Shown in pieces: positions 18,220 to 26,933 of a stretch of DNA of 64,000 nt (its first letter is position 1; each line of letters opens with the position of its first letter). The position numbers were made by a program, and so were the translations under genes. The stretch spans positions 134,564 through 198,563 of the forward strand of contig CALXPT010000002.1 in NCBI GenBank assembly GCA_944390355.1. The letters are read 5' to 3'. The notes under the pieces were generated by a model that was given only the letters and a program-made list of their open reading frames with translations, was not told the DNA's origin and did no database searches. Source of the DNA: an uncultured Alphaproteobacteria bacterium (lineage in GTDB: Bacteria > Pseudomonadota > Alphaproteobacteria > RF32 > CAG-239).

Positions 18220-21200
18220 TGGCAAAGAGAGCGCAACGAAAGAATATAAAGAAATATAAGACCACCAAGATATTAGATTATTTTGGCGTTGCGTTTCTGA
18301 GTCTGTTGTTATTGTTTATCTGGCAGTTATACAAAGGGCCGATAGCGGTACCGTTTTTGAAGCCATACATAATACAAGCCTTGAGTACGGAAGATGAAAC
18401 ATATCAAGTTTCTCTGGAAAGTGTCAATATAGAATTGGTACGTTCAATTCAGCCGATAAAAATTATCGCCAAGAATATAGTATACAAGAAGGAAGACGAC
18501 AGTTTTATAATTAATGCGCCGCGCACATCGGTTTCATTTAGCATCAGAGCATTGTTGCGAGGAATAATTGCGCCGTCGTCGATTGAAGTCGAAGCCCCGA
18601 GCATATATGCATTTACGAGCTATGGAATAGAAAAAAATAAGACCGAAGAGATAAACAAGAAAAAGATAGAATACTATATAAACATGGCGGAGGATTTTCT
18701 TGAAAAATATAATAATGATGACAAATATGCGGTCGAAAATTATATAAACACAATAGAAATAAAGAATGCCAATGTCGAATTTCATGAAGTAGATTTAGGG
18801 CGCAAATGGGTATTAACGGATGCAAACTACAGTTACGAGAGAAGGCACGGCGGTTTGCATACGGAAGCGAGTGCGTTAATAGACATAAACAACAAGATAG
18901 CCTCAGCGGGAATAGAATGTGCATTAGATACCCAAACCAAGAACATGGGTTTAAAGGTTTATTTTTCAGATATAGTTCCGGCCGATATAATGAACAACTT
19001 TATAGAAAAGAAAAAACAAAAGGAGCTTTATCAAATAAATTTGCCGTTAAGCGGTTCTCTGAGTGGAAATATAGCATTAGGCAATCTCTTAAAGCATAAA
19101 GATAACATGATAGAAGGATTAGATGAGGCGATTAAATCGATAGATTTTGGGCTTGAAGGCGGACAAGGCAGCATTAATTTCACCGAAGACAAGAAGATGC
19201 GCTATGATGTATCATCATTTAAGCTCGACGGCGAAATTAAAGGAAAATTGGATGAATTAAGCATTAATAATGCCAAATTTGATTTAGACGGTCAAGAAGC
19301 CCGATTAAGCCTTAAAATAAAAGGCTTAAAGAAATATACATTGGAAAATTCGCTCAAAGACATCAAGGCCTCGATGACGGCAAAAATCAAGAAATTAAAG
19401 TTAGACGACTTAACCAAATATTGGCCGAGATATTTAGGAGAGAGCGGCTGGATATGGTGTAAAGAAAGCTTGTTTGACGGAGAGGCAAAGAATGCCGAAT
19501 TTCAATTTGATTTTGCATACGATAATAAAGCAAAAAGCGTAGTATTTAAGGATTTGACCGGACAAGTGGAAGCCGAAAACGCCACAATATTATATTTAAC
19601 GGGCATGCCGGTAATCAAGAATTCATACGGACTGGCAAAATTTACGAAAGACAGTATAGATATAGAAATAGACAAGGCAATTTCCGAAGGTGTGATTTTG
19701 AACGGAGGCTATGTTAAATTATATGATTTAGATAAAGAAGACAACTATGCGGATATAAAATTGGTAGCAGAATCAACAATAACGGATGTTTTGAAATTAA
19801 TAGATAATCCGCCGCTGAACTTTGTGAAAGAAATGGGGATTCCGGCCGAAAAACTCAAAGGCAACGCCCAAACGGATTTAAGTCTGAATTTTGAATTAAA
19901 AGACGACTTAAAGCCCGAAGAAGTAAAAGTAGATGTAAAGGCGCGGTTGAGTGATGTAACAATAAACAAAGTGATAGAAGATAAAAATTTAACGGCAGAA
20001 GAACTCAATCTTGAGGTCAACAACAATAATTTAACCCTAAGCGGCAAAGCAAATTTTGATGAGATTCCGTTAGAATTGGTATGGAAGGAGAATTTTCATC
20101 AAAAAACAAATAAAAGCCAATACGAGATTTTGTTTAAATTGGATGATAAAATCAAGCAAAAGCTGGGTATAGACATAGATATCTTGAATCCTCCGTATAT
20201 AGAAGGATATGCGATGATAAAATCCACAATAGACATGTCGGATAAGAAAGAAGCAAAAATAGCCATAGACGCGGACATACGGCACGCGGCAATAGATTAT
20301 TCGTTTTTAGGTTTCAGAAAATTGTACGGAGAGGAGGGAACAATAACCGCCGAAGTGATATTGAACGAAGATAAAATAAGTTCAATACCGTCATTTGCCT
20401 TAATCAAACCGGATTTCAAATTAGATGGTTCAATAACACTGAGTAAAGACGGACAACTGGAAAAAGCAAATATTTCACACATCCGCGGCCCGAAGACCAA
20501 TGCGAGGGCCAAGATAGAATGGACGGGAGACAAAAACAATCCGTTAATTAAGATAAATGTTTCGGGAAACAGCTATGATTTGAGCACTTTTTTTGACCGC
20601 CGTGCCGAACAGGAGCAAGAAGCATACGCCAGACAGCAAGAGAAAAAGAATGCGGATGCTACGGATAATGATTGGGAAAACATAACCAGTGCCGACATTA
20701 ACATTGCGGTGAACAAACTTTGGACCAACCCGAAAGTACCGATAACTAACTTTGCCGGAGCGGCAAAATTACGTCATGGTATAGGCGTTCACGAGGTTCA
20801 TATGGTCGGCAATTATGGCGACAGCAAAGAAGTCAAACTCAAAGCGGACTATTCGCCGCGCCCGAATAATGAGTATTATCTGTCGATAAGCAGTAACAAT
20901 GCCGGCAGCACGTTCAAAGTCCTAAGAATATATGATAATATAAGCGGAGGCAATTTAAAGATAGAAGGCAAACGAGACGCACAAAAAGAATTTGTGGGAC
21001 ATGCCTCAATACGCGATTTTAATCTGCATAACACGCCTGTTTTGGCCAAGGTTTTGAGTGTGGCATCATTAACGGGAATAGTAGGAATGTTGTCAGGCGA
21101 GGGAATAGCATTTTCGCATTTAGACGCACCATTTGAATATAAGAACAAAGTACTAACGGTAGAAGACGGCAAAGCATTTGGAAATGTATTGGGAATAACC

Positions 21201-21470
21201 ATGAACGGAAGCTATAATTGGAACACGGAAGAAATAAAAGGAAAAGGAGTAATTGCGCCGGCATACAGCATAAATAGTTTTCTCGGGAAGATACCTTTAG
21301 TCGGAAGTTTGTTAGCCGGAAAAGACGGGACGGTATTTGCCGCCAATTATTCGGTCAAAGGAAACATTGCAGATGCCGAGGTTGATATTAATCCGTTATC
21401 AGCCTTAAGCCCAGGCTCACTCAAAGATTTATTTTCATCAATGTTCGGAAGTGAAAATGGCAACAATTAA
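18219..21470 (+). CDS. AsmA-like/YhdP (DUF3971) large periplasmic protein
   Basis: 1083 aa, N-terminal transmembrane segment, beta-rich body, C-terminal PAYSINSFLGKIPLVG...NPLSALSPG. Confidence 0.85.
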   Translation: MAKRAQRKNIKKYKTTKILDYFGVAFLSLLLLFIWQLYKGPIAVPFLKPYIIQALSTEDETYQVSLESVNIELVRSIQPIKIIAKNIVYKKEDDSFIINAPRTSVSFSIRALLRGIIAPSSIEVEAPSIYAFTSYGIEKNKTEEINKKKIEYYINMAEDFLEKYNNDDKYAVENYINTIEIKNANVEFHEVDLGRKWVLTDANYSYERRHGGLHTEASALIDINNKIASAGIECALDTQTKNMGLKVYFSDIVPADIMNNFIEKKKQKELYQINLPLSGSLSGNIALGNLLKHKDNMIEGLDEAIKSIDFGLEGGQGSINFTEDKKMRYDVSSFKLDGEIKGKLDELSINNAKFDLDGQEARLSLKIKGLKKYTLENSLKDIKASMTAKIKKLKLDDLTKYWPRYLGESGWIWCKESLFDGEAKNAEFQFDFAYDNKAKSVVFKDLTGQVEAENATILYLTGMPVIKNSYGLAKFTKDSIDIEIDKAISEGVILNGGYVKLYDLDKEDNYADIKLVAESTITDVLKLIDNPPLNFVKEMGIPAEKLKGNAQTDLSLNFELKDDLKPEEVKVDVKARLSDVTINKVIEDKNLTAEELNLEVNNNNLTLSGKANFDEIPLELVWKENFHQKTNKSQYEILFKLDDKIKQKLGIDIDILNPPYIEGYAMIKSTIDMSDKKEAKIAIDADIRHAAIDYSFLGFRKLYGEEGTITAEVILNEDKISSIPSFALIKPDFKLDGSITLSKDGQLEKANISHIRGPKTNARAKIEWTGDKNNPLIKINVSGNSYDLSTFFDRRAEQEQEAYARQQEKKNADATDNDWENITSADINIAVNKLWTNPKVPITNFAGAAKLRHGIGVHEVHMVGNYGDSKEVKLKADYSPRPNNEYYLSISSNNAGSTFKVLRIYDNISGGNLKIEGKRDAQKEFVGHASIRDFNLHNTPVLAKVLSVASLTGIVGMLSGEGIAFSHLDAPFEYKNKVLTVEDGKAFGNVLGITMNGSYNWNTEEIKGKGVIAPAYSINSFLGKIPLVGSLLAGKDGTVFAANYSVKGNIADAEVDINPLSALSPGSLKDLFSSMFGSENGNN

Positions 21471-21930
21471 AATAGGCTTGGATTTTCATGGTGTAATAGA
21501 TACAAACCCCGAGTATTTCAGAGAGTTCAGCAGCAAAGCACGGCAGAGGGGGTGGGAAATTCATGTTATAACGGGAGGTCCCTACAAACAAGTCAAAGCA
21601 AAGTTGGATAATTGGCAAATATGCTATAATAAAATTTTTGCGATTTATGATTATTATGCCGCGCAGCATATGGTTAAAAATAAAGAAGACGGAAGTTTTA
21701 CAATTCCTTCAGAATTGTGGAATAGCATAAAAGCCAAATATTGTCAGGAAAATAAAATATCCATACAAATAGATGACAGTCATGAGTACGGAAATTCATT
21801 CTTGACGCCGTATTGTAAATTTGATAATAAAGAACGGCAGTGCGAAACACTTAACGGTTATCACATTGATTTAAAAGAAGACATAGAGCGAACGTTAGAT
21901 GAAATGGAAAAATTTTTAATAACATCATAA
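21457..21930 (+). CDS. Small HAD-superfamily-like protein
   Basis: IGLDFHGVID motif I variant, VITGG, K...IDD. Confidence 0.7.
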   Translation: MATIKIGLDFHGVIDTNPEYFREFSSKARQRGWEIHVITGGPYKQVKAKLDNWQICYNKIFAIYDYYAAQHMVKNKEDGSFTIPSELWNSIKAKYCQENKISIQIDDSHEYGNSFLTPYCKFDNKERQCETLNGYHIDLKEDIERTLDEMEKFLITS

Positions 21931-22017
21931 AAAATGAATTTGTTAATCATTTGTTGATGAAATTAAGTGTAAAGTAACCATAATTGTCAACAAATATATT
22001 GTATAAGGGAAAAGATA

Positions 22018-22653
22018 ATGGCTTACAAAAGCTTACTTGAAGTTTACGATAATACGCTGGTTCCGATGGTAATAGAACAAACCTCGCGCGGCGAACGCTC
22101 ATTTGATATATATTCAAGATTGTTGAAAGAGAGAATCATCTTTTTAACCGGTGAAGTAAATGACGCAGTTTCTTCCTTGGTTTGCGCACAGCTTCTTTTC
22201 TTGGAATCCGAAAATCCTAAAAAGGATATATATATGTACATCAATTCCCCGGGAGGAGTAGTAACATCGGGAATGGCCATGTATGATACGATGCAATATA
22301 TCAGCTGTGATGTCAACACGTTATGTATAGGACAGGCCTGCTCCATGGGTTCTCTGCTGTTAACCGGCGGCACAAAGGGAAAGAGAGCCGCCTTGCCGCA
22401 TTCAAGAATAATGATACACCAACCATCCGGCGGCGCACAAGGCAAAGCCTCGGATATTGAGATTCAGGCAAATGAAATTTTGAAAATGAAAAAGATGTTA
22501 AACGAGTTGTATGTCAAGCATACGGGGCAGAAGTTAAGTCATATAGAAAAGGCAATGGATAGAGATAACTTTATGTCGCCGGAAGAAGCCTTAAGTTTCG
22601 GACTGATAGACAGAATAGTAGAACAACGCGAAGGAATAGTAAAAGGTAAATAA
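22018..22653 (+). CDS. clpP: ATP-dependent Clp protease proteolytic subunit
   Basis: [34 protein letters not shown]. Confidence 0.98.
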   Translation: MAYKSLLEVYDNTLVPMVIEQTSRGERSFDIYSRLLKERIIFLTGEVNDAVSSLVCAQLLFLESENPKKDIYMYINSPGGVVTSGMAMYDTMQYISCDVNTLCIGQACSMGSLLLTGGTKGKRAALPHSRIMIHQPSGGAQGKASDIEIQANEILKMKKMLNELYVKHTGQKLSHIEKAMDRDNFMSPEEALSFGLIDRIVEQREGIVKGK

Positions 22654-22655
22654 AA

Positions 22656-23945
22656 ATGAGTGAAACAACGGATAATAATAAAGGAGAAACACTTCACTGT
22701 TCTTTTTGTGGCAAGAGCCAAGATGAAGTCAAAAAACTTGTAGCCGGCCGAGGTGTTTATATCTGTGATGAATGTATCGAGGTATGCATAAACATTGTTG
22801 CCGATGAATTAAACGAAATGGAAGAAGGTAAAGAAACCAACTCGATAGAAAATCTGCCGACCCCATCCAAGATAAAAGAATTTTTGGACCAATATGTCAT
22901 CGGGCAAGATTATGCCAAAAAGGTTTTGTCCGTTGCCGTATACAATCACTATAAGAGATTAAACAGCAAAAAAACATCAAAAGATATAGACATTCAAAAG
23001 TCGAATGTAATTTTAATCGGCTCGACTGGAAGCGGAAAAACCCTGTTGGCACAAACTCTGGCAAAAGTTTTGGACGTCCCGTTTGCCATATCCGATGCAA
23101 CGACTTTAACAGAGGCCGGTTATGTCGGAGAGGATGTCGAAAACATAATTTTGAAATTGGTTCAAAATGCCAATTATGATATCGAAAAGGCACAAAGGGG
23201 TATCGTTTATATCGATGAAATAGATAAGATAAGCCGCAAGTCTGACGGCCCGTCGATTACAAGAGATGTTTCGGGAGAAGGTGTCCAACAAGCATTGCTT
23301 AAAATCATAGAAGGGACAATCGCCAATGTTCCGCCTCAAGGAGGCAGAAAACATCCGCAACAAGAATTTTTGCATGTTGATACCACCAACATTTTGTTTA
23401 TCTGCGGCGGCGCATTTGCCGGATTGGAAAAAATAGTCGCGAACCGAGGCTCGGAAACATCAATCGGTTTTGGAGCAAAGGTTGAATCACCGGAAGATAG
23501 AGGAATCGGAGAGATAATCAAAGATGTCCAACCCGAAGATTTGCTGAAATATGGCTTAATACCGGAGTTTATCGGCCGCTTGCCGATTATAGCAACTTTG
23601 GGAGATTTGAACGAAGAAGCATTAGTGAGAGTTTTAACCGAACCGAAGAATGCTCTGGTGAAACAGTATAAGACTTTGTTTGATATGGAAAACGTAAAAT
23701 TAACCATAACGGATAAGGCCTTGATAGCAATCGCCAAAAAAGCAATAGAGCGCAAAACGGGCGCGCGCGGCTTAAGAGCAATCATGGAAGAAAATCTTTT
23801 GGAATTGATGTATGAAATTCCGGATGAAAAAGATTTAACCGAAATCGTGATTGATGAAAAGGTCATCAACGACGGAGCTAAACCCAAACTCATCAAAGGC
23901 GAGAAGGGAAAGAAAGAAGAAAAAGAAGAGCAAAAAACCGCATAA
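22656..23945 (+). CDS. clpX: ATP-dependent Clp protease ATP-binding subunit
   Basis: CSFCGK zinc finger, [37 protein letters not shown]. Confidence 0.98.
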   Translation: MSETTDNNKGETLHCSFCGKSQDEVKKLVAGRGVYICDECIEVCINIVADELNEMEEGKETNSIENLPTPSKIKEFLDQYVIGQDYAKKVLSVAVYNHYKRLNSKKTSKDIDIQKSNVILIGSTGSGKTLLAQTLAKVLDVPFAISDATTLTEAGYVGEDVENIILKLVQNANYDIEKAQRGIVYIDEIDKISRKSDGPSITRDVSGEGVQQALLKIIEGTIANVPPQGGRKHPQQEFLHVDTTNILFICGGAFAGLEKIVANRGSETSIGFGAKVESPEDRGIGEIIKDVQPEDLLKYGLIPEFIGRLPIIATLGDLNEEALVRVLTEPKNALVKQYKTLFDMENVKLTITDKALIAIAKKAIERKTGARGLRAIMEENLLELMYEIPDEKDLTEIVIDEKVINDGAKPKLIKGEKGKKEEKEEQKTA

Positions 23946-23968
23946 AGAAAATTTGAAAGATAAAAAAG

Positions 23969-23997
23969 AAAGGGCACCGTTAAAACGATGCCCTTTT
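23969..23997. terminator. Bidirectional terminator containing the helicase stop codon
   Basis: AAAGGGCACCG/CGATGCCCTTT hairpin. Confidence 0.7.
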
Positions 23998-26454
23998 AAG
24001 ATTAGAGAAAGAAATTTTCTCAGCCGAAACACCCTCAACCGAAACAGTTGAATCAAAATTATCATTTTGAGAGGAAATATGAATTTCTTTGAGTTTGGAA
24101 TTAAAGCTAATCCCGTTGGACTTATCCCCGACAATATGAGCCTTGACGACCAAATCAGGATTTTGAATATCAATGTAGGAAGCCACAACCGGATTAATGG
24201 TTAAATTAACTTCGTTTCCGTTGATAAGGCCGAGATTCTTGAGCTTATCTTCACTAATGTTAACCGTTCCGTAAAAATTAGGCCGTTCCCGCCCAAGGAT
24301 ATCGAACAAATCAAAATCTTTTTTAGGGTTGGGAATAGACAAGACATTAGAAATGAGGTCGCGTTCTTGCTCTTTTTTAAGCGTATCGCTCCAAAAAGCA
24401 TCCGGAATATTGTTTTTTTCGATAAAGGCTTTAAATTCCGCAATGCCTTTTTCTTTAAGAATGTTCAATGCGTTGGCGACACGGGCATTAAACCCATCGG
24501 CAACAAAATCTTTCAATTCGTAATTGCTTATATAAGAAGAATCTAATATATGAAAATCTTTGTCGCTGTCAACACTTGAAATAATCTCAGGATTTTTAAG
24601 AATAAATTTTTTAATATCGTCCGTTGATAAAGAAGTAACATTTTCATAAATCGTAAAGGAGCGTCCGCCGTTTTTGGGCGTAATCACCCGCGGCTCGGCC
24701 AAGAAATTGTTGGAGCCGGAAACTGCGGAAGAATTAGAAATCTCATAAGAGTCTCGGTTAAAAATGTTTTGTCTGTCGATATTAAGTTTTTCAATATGAC
24801 CGGCGATGAGGCATTGACGCAATTTGTCATAATCAAACTCAAGCATATCGGTAGAAAAACGTACGCCGAGCCTGTGTCTCAAATCACGAATAAGCTCTTT
24901 AGTTTCAAAAAAGCGTTTTTTGTTAACGTTGTATTTATAAAAGATTTTATTCGTTTCATCTTCAAGCTTTTTCCTTTGCACACCGTCGCGTTTGAGTTTT
25001 TTCAAAGCTTTGTCTGCAGCAAGAAAAGCTTTGAGTCCGTCAAACAGGTCGGAAGAATCATCCAGCCCATGCCCCTGACGGAAGTTTTGTCGCAAATTTC
25101 CCTGTTCGGCGATTGCAACCATAACAAGAGCTTGAGGCAGACAATATTCTCTGCTTTGGGCGTATTTGAGAGTAACGGCATTTTCCACGGTAACCGGCAA
25201 GTCGTTGGCAAACTTTCCGAGCTTGGTGAGGTGACCGTCTTCATCAATGAGTTTAAGCCTTTTAAGTTTTGCTTTGGCGGCCAATAATTGTCCATGGTCG
25301 ATATATGCATCAAAATTCAAGTCCTCGGCTTTCAAATCAAAGCTAGCACAGTCCATAATCAAAGAAGAAAGCGGCAAACGAGAAATTTCCGGTGTGGTTT
25401 CTTTCGCGCGGTTTTTCCATCTAGTGTAAGACGCTAAAACAAAGATACCGTCAGTAAAGCGGCAGACACGTCCTTTTTGCTGTTGCAAACGCCATTGCGG
25501 TAGGTCTTGCTCTTTAAGAGCGATAGCCCCGCTTGAGGTAACAAAAAGGTCTTTTCCTTTTCCGGAAGTAATACCTGCATCCAACCAAGGAATATTCATA
25601 CCGCTTTCAATAACATTTGTACCGATAATAATTTTTCTAAAACCGTTCTTGGGTGATTTAAGAGCTTTGTCGCGTTCTTTTTTATCCATTTCACCATAGA
25701 TGGAAGCCACCTCAACGTCTTTAATGTCTTTTTCTAACAAGAGTGTTTCAATTTTATCTTTGGTTTCTTCAATGTTTGCGACACCGGATTCAAAAATGGC
25801 AATACCTTTGCGCTTTTTGTTCATGAGCAAATCGATAGAGTGTTCGGCAGCATCTTTGCTGTTGTCTTCAATGATTTCACAGTCATAAGTTCTGCCTTGT
25901 GCTTCAAAGGTATTGGGATTAAAGTCTCGCCAATATTCTTTTTGCTTTTCAAGGTTGATAGTAGCACTCATTTCAATAAGACGCAAAGCATCACCTTGCT
26001 TTTTACGATAGTGGAGCAGGGCTTTGGCAATGGACATATCCATAGAAGCCTCATGAACTTCATCGAGCACAATATTTTTTTCATAAAAAATCATACCGGA
26101 GCTGATGGCATAACCATAAGTGGCAAAAATAATTTTAGAATTTTTGCTAAACAGAGGCTCATCGCCGCCTTGAGTACCCACTGCATAACCCACCTCTTCG
26201 CCAAGGGTTCCGCCGGAGAGTTCGGAAACGGTTTCTGCGGCGTTAATCGCTAAAAATTTTCTTGGAACGAGCACAACAACACGCTCGTTGTCAGGAATTT
26301 TATCAGCAAGTTTGGCAGGGATTGTTAAAGTCTTACCGCTACCGGTAGGAGAAGAAATGATGGTAACATTATTATCAACCGAATCCATCACCGCATCGGA
26401 AATCTCATTAACCGGCAAATCCTTAAGTTTATCATTATATAGCGCTTCAAACAT
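23980..26454 (-). CDS. Divergent DEAH/RHA-family (HrpA/HrpB-like) SF2 helicase
   Basis: SPTGSGKT, VPRKFLA, GEEVGY, LDEVHE, MSAT, GTNVIESGMNI, QQQKGRVCR, PEISRLPL, LTKLGK; GGGAG RBS before ATG 26454. Confidence 0.88.
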   Translation of the reverse strand: MFEALYNDKLKDLPVNEISDAVMDSVDNNVTIISSPTGSGKTLTIPAKLADKIPDNERVVVLVPRKFLAINAAETVSELSGGTLGEEVGYAVGTQGGDEPLFSKNSKIIFATYGYAISSGMIFYEKNIVLDEVHEASMDMSIAKALLHYRKKQGDALRLIEMSATINLEKQKEYWRDFNPNTFEAQGRTYDCEIIEDNSKDAAEHSIDLLMNKKRKGIAIFESGVANIEETKDKIETLLLEKDIKDVEVASIYGEMDKKERDKALKSPKNGFRKIIIGTNVIESGMNIPWLDAGITSGKGKDLFVTSSGAIALKEQDLPQWRLQQQKGRVCRFTDGIFVLASYTRWKNRAKETTPEISRLPLSSLIMDCASFDLKAEDLNFDAYIDHGQLLAAKAKLKRLKLIDEDGHLTKLGKFANDLPVTVENAVTLKYAQSREYCLPQALVMVAIAEQGNLRQNFRQGHGLDDSSDLFDGLKAFLAADKALKKLKRDGVQRKKLEDETNKIFYKYNVNKKRFFETKELIRDLRHRLGVRFSTDMLEFDYDKLRQCLIAGHIEKLNIDRQNIFNRDSYEISNSSAVSGSNNFLAEPRVITPKNGGRSFTIYENVTSLSTDDIKKFILKNPEIISSVDSDKDFHILDSSYISNYELKDFVADGFNARVANALNILKEKGIAEFKAFIEKNNIPDAFWSDTLKKEQERDLISNVLSIPNPKKDFDLFDILGRERPNFYGTVNISEDKLKNLGLINGNEVNLTINPVVASYIDIQNPDLVVKAHIVGDKSNGISFNSKLKEIHISSQNDNFDSTVSVEGVSAEKISFSNLKRASF

Positions 26455-26514
26455 GTAACAATCTCCCAAAACAACATAGCTATAAATATATCACAAAAGA
26501 GGTCTTAAATAAAC

Positions 26515-26539
26515 AAAAAAACCACCCTAAAAAGGTGGT
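26515..26539 (-). terminator. Intrinsic terminator or attenuator at the 3' end of the candidate RNA
   Basis: ACCACC-tttttag-GGTGGT followed by a T-run on the minus strand. Confidence 0.75.
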
Positions 26540-26808
26540 CGGGAAGTTCGTAAATCATATTGAGTCAGATGATTCCGCAAATTTTTAAAACAAATGTCCC
26601 CAATTGCCAGACATTGTCTCTGTACATATATCTGCAGCTCCCCGACCATGGACATGTCACACGATCAAGGGGAATATAATACCGCCGAAAGGAATTTCAT
26701 CCCCAAAGCGATTTTATCGGTGTTATATTCCATCCACCGGACTCAATATGAAGGACTTACGACAGTCCCATACCTTTTCAGGTATGACCACGAAAAACCG
26801 TGATACAA
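26515..26808 (-). ncRNA. Candidate ~290-nt structured non-coding or leader RNA of unrecognised family
   Basis: At least seven stems whose G-U pairs and GAAA tetraloop favour the minus strand; bounded by a sigma70-like promoter and an intrinsic terminator; no ORF with a convincing RBS. Confidence 0.7.
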
Positions 26809-26813
26809 GGATA

Positions 26814-26842
26814 ATAATAGCATAGGATTAAAATAAAGTAAA
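26814..26842 (-). promoter_or_regulatory. Sigma70-type promoter of the candidate RNA
   Basis: TTTACT, 17-bp spacer, TATTAT, with an extended -10 TG. Confidence 0.65.
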
Positions 26843-26882
26843 GATGTTTTTATACAAAAAAATATAAAAATAGCCACAAAAA

Positions 26883-26913
26883 AATCCGTTTTCGAAAAAG
26901 AGAAAACGGATTT
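26883..26913 (-). terminator. Terminator of the ppiD-like gene
   Basis: AAATCCGTTTTC/GAAAACGGATTT hairpin with a T-run on the minus strand. Confidence 0.75.
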
Positions 26914-26933
26914 AGCAGATAAAACGAAAGCAA

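Noticed and set aside
26555-26751. Retron msr-msd interpretation (12-bp inverted repeat enclosing small stems and one long hairpin)
   Set aside because: There is no reverse transcriptase in the window, and the promoter, terminator and G-U pairs point to the minus strand, which is the wrong order for msr-msd.
26594-26825. Plus-strand ORFs of 69 and 73 aa, and minus-strand mini-ORFs of 22 and 42 aa
   Set aside because: They have no convincing RBS or recognisable motif, and RNA structure explains the sequence better. A leader peptide is not fully excluded.
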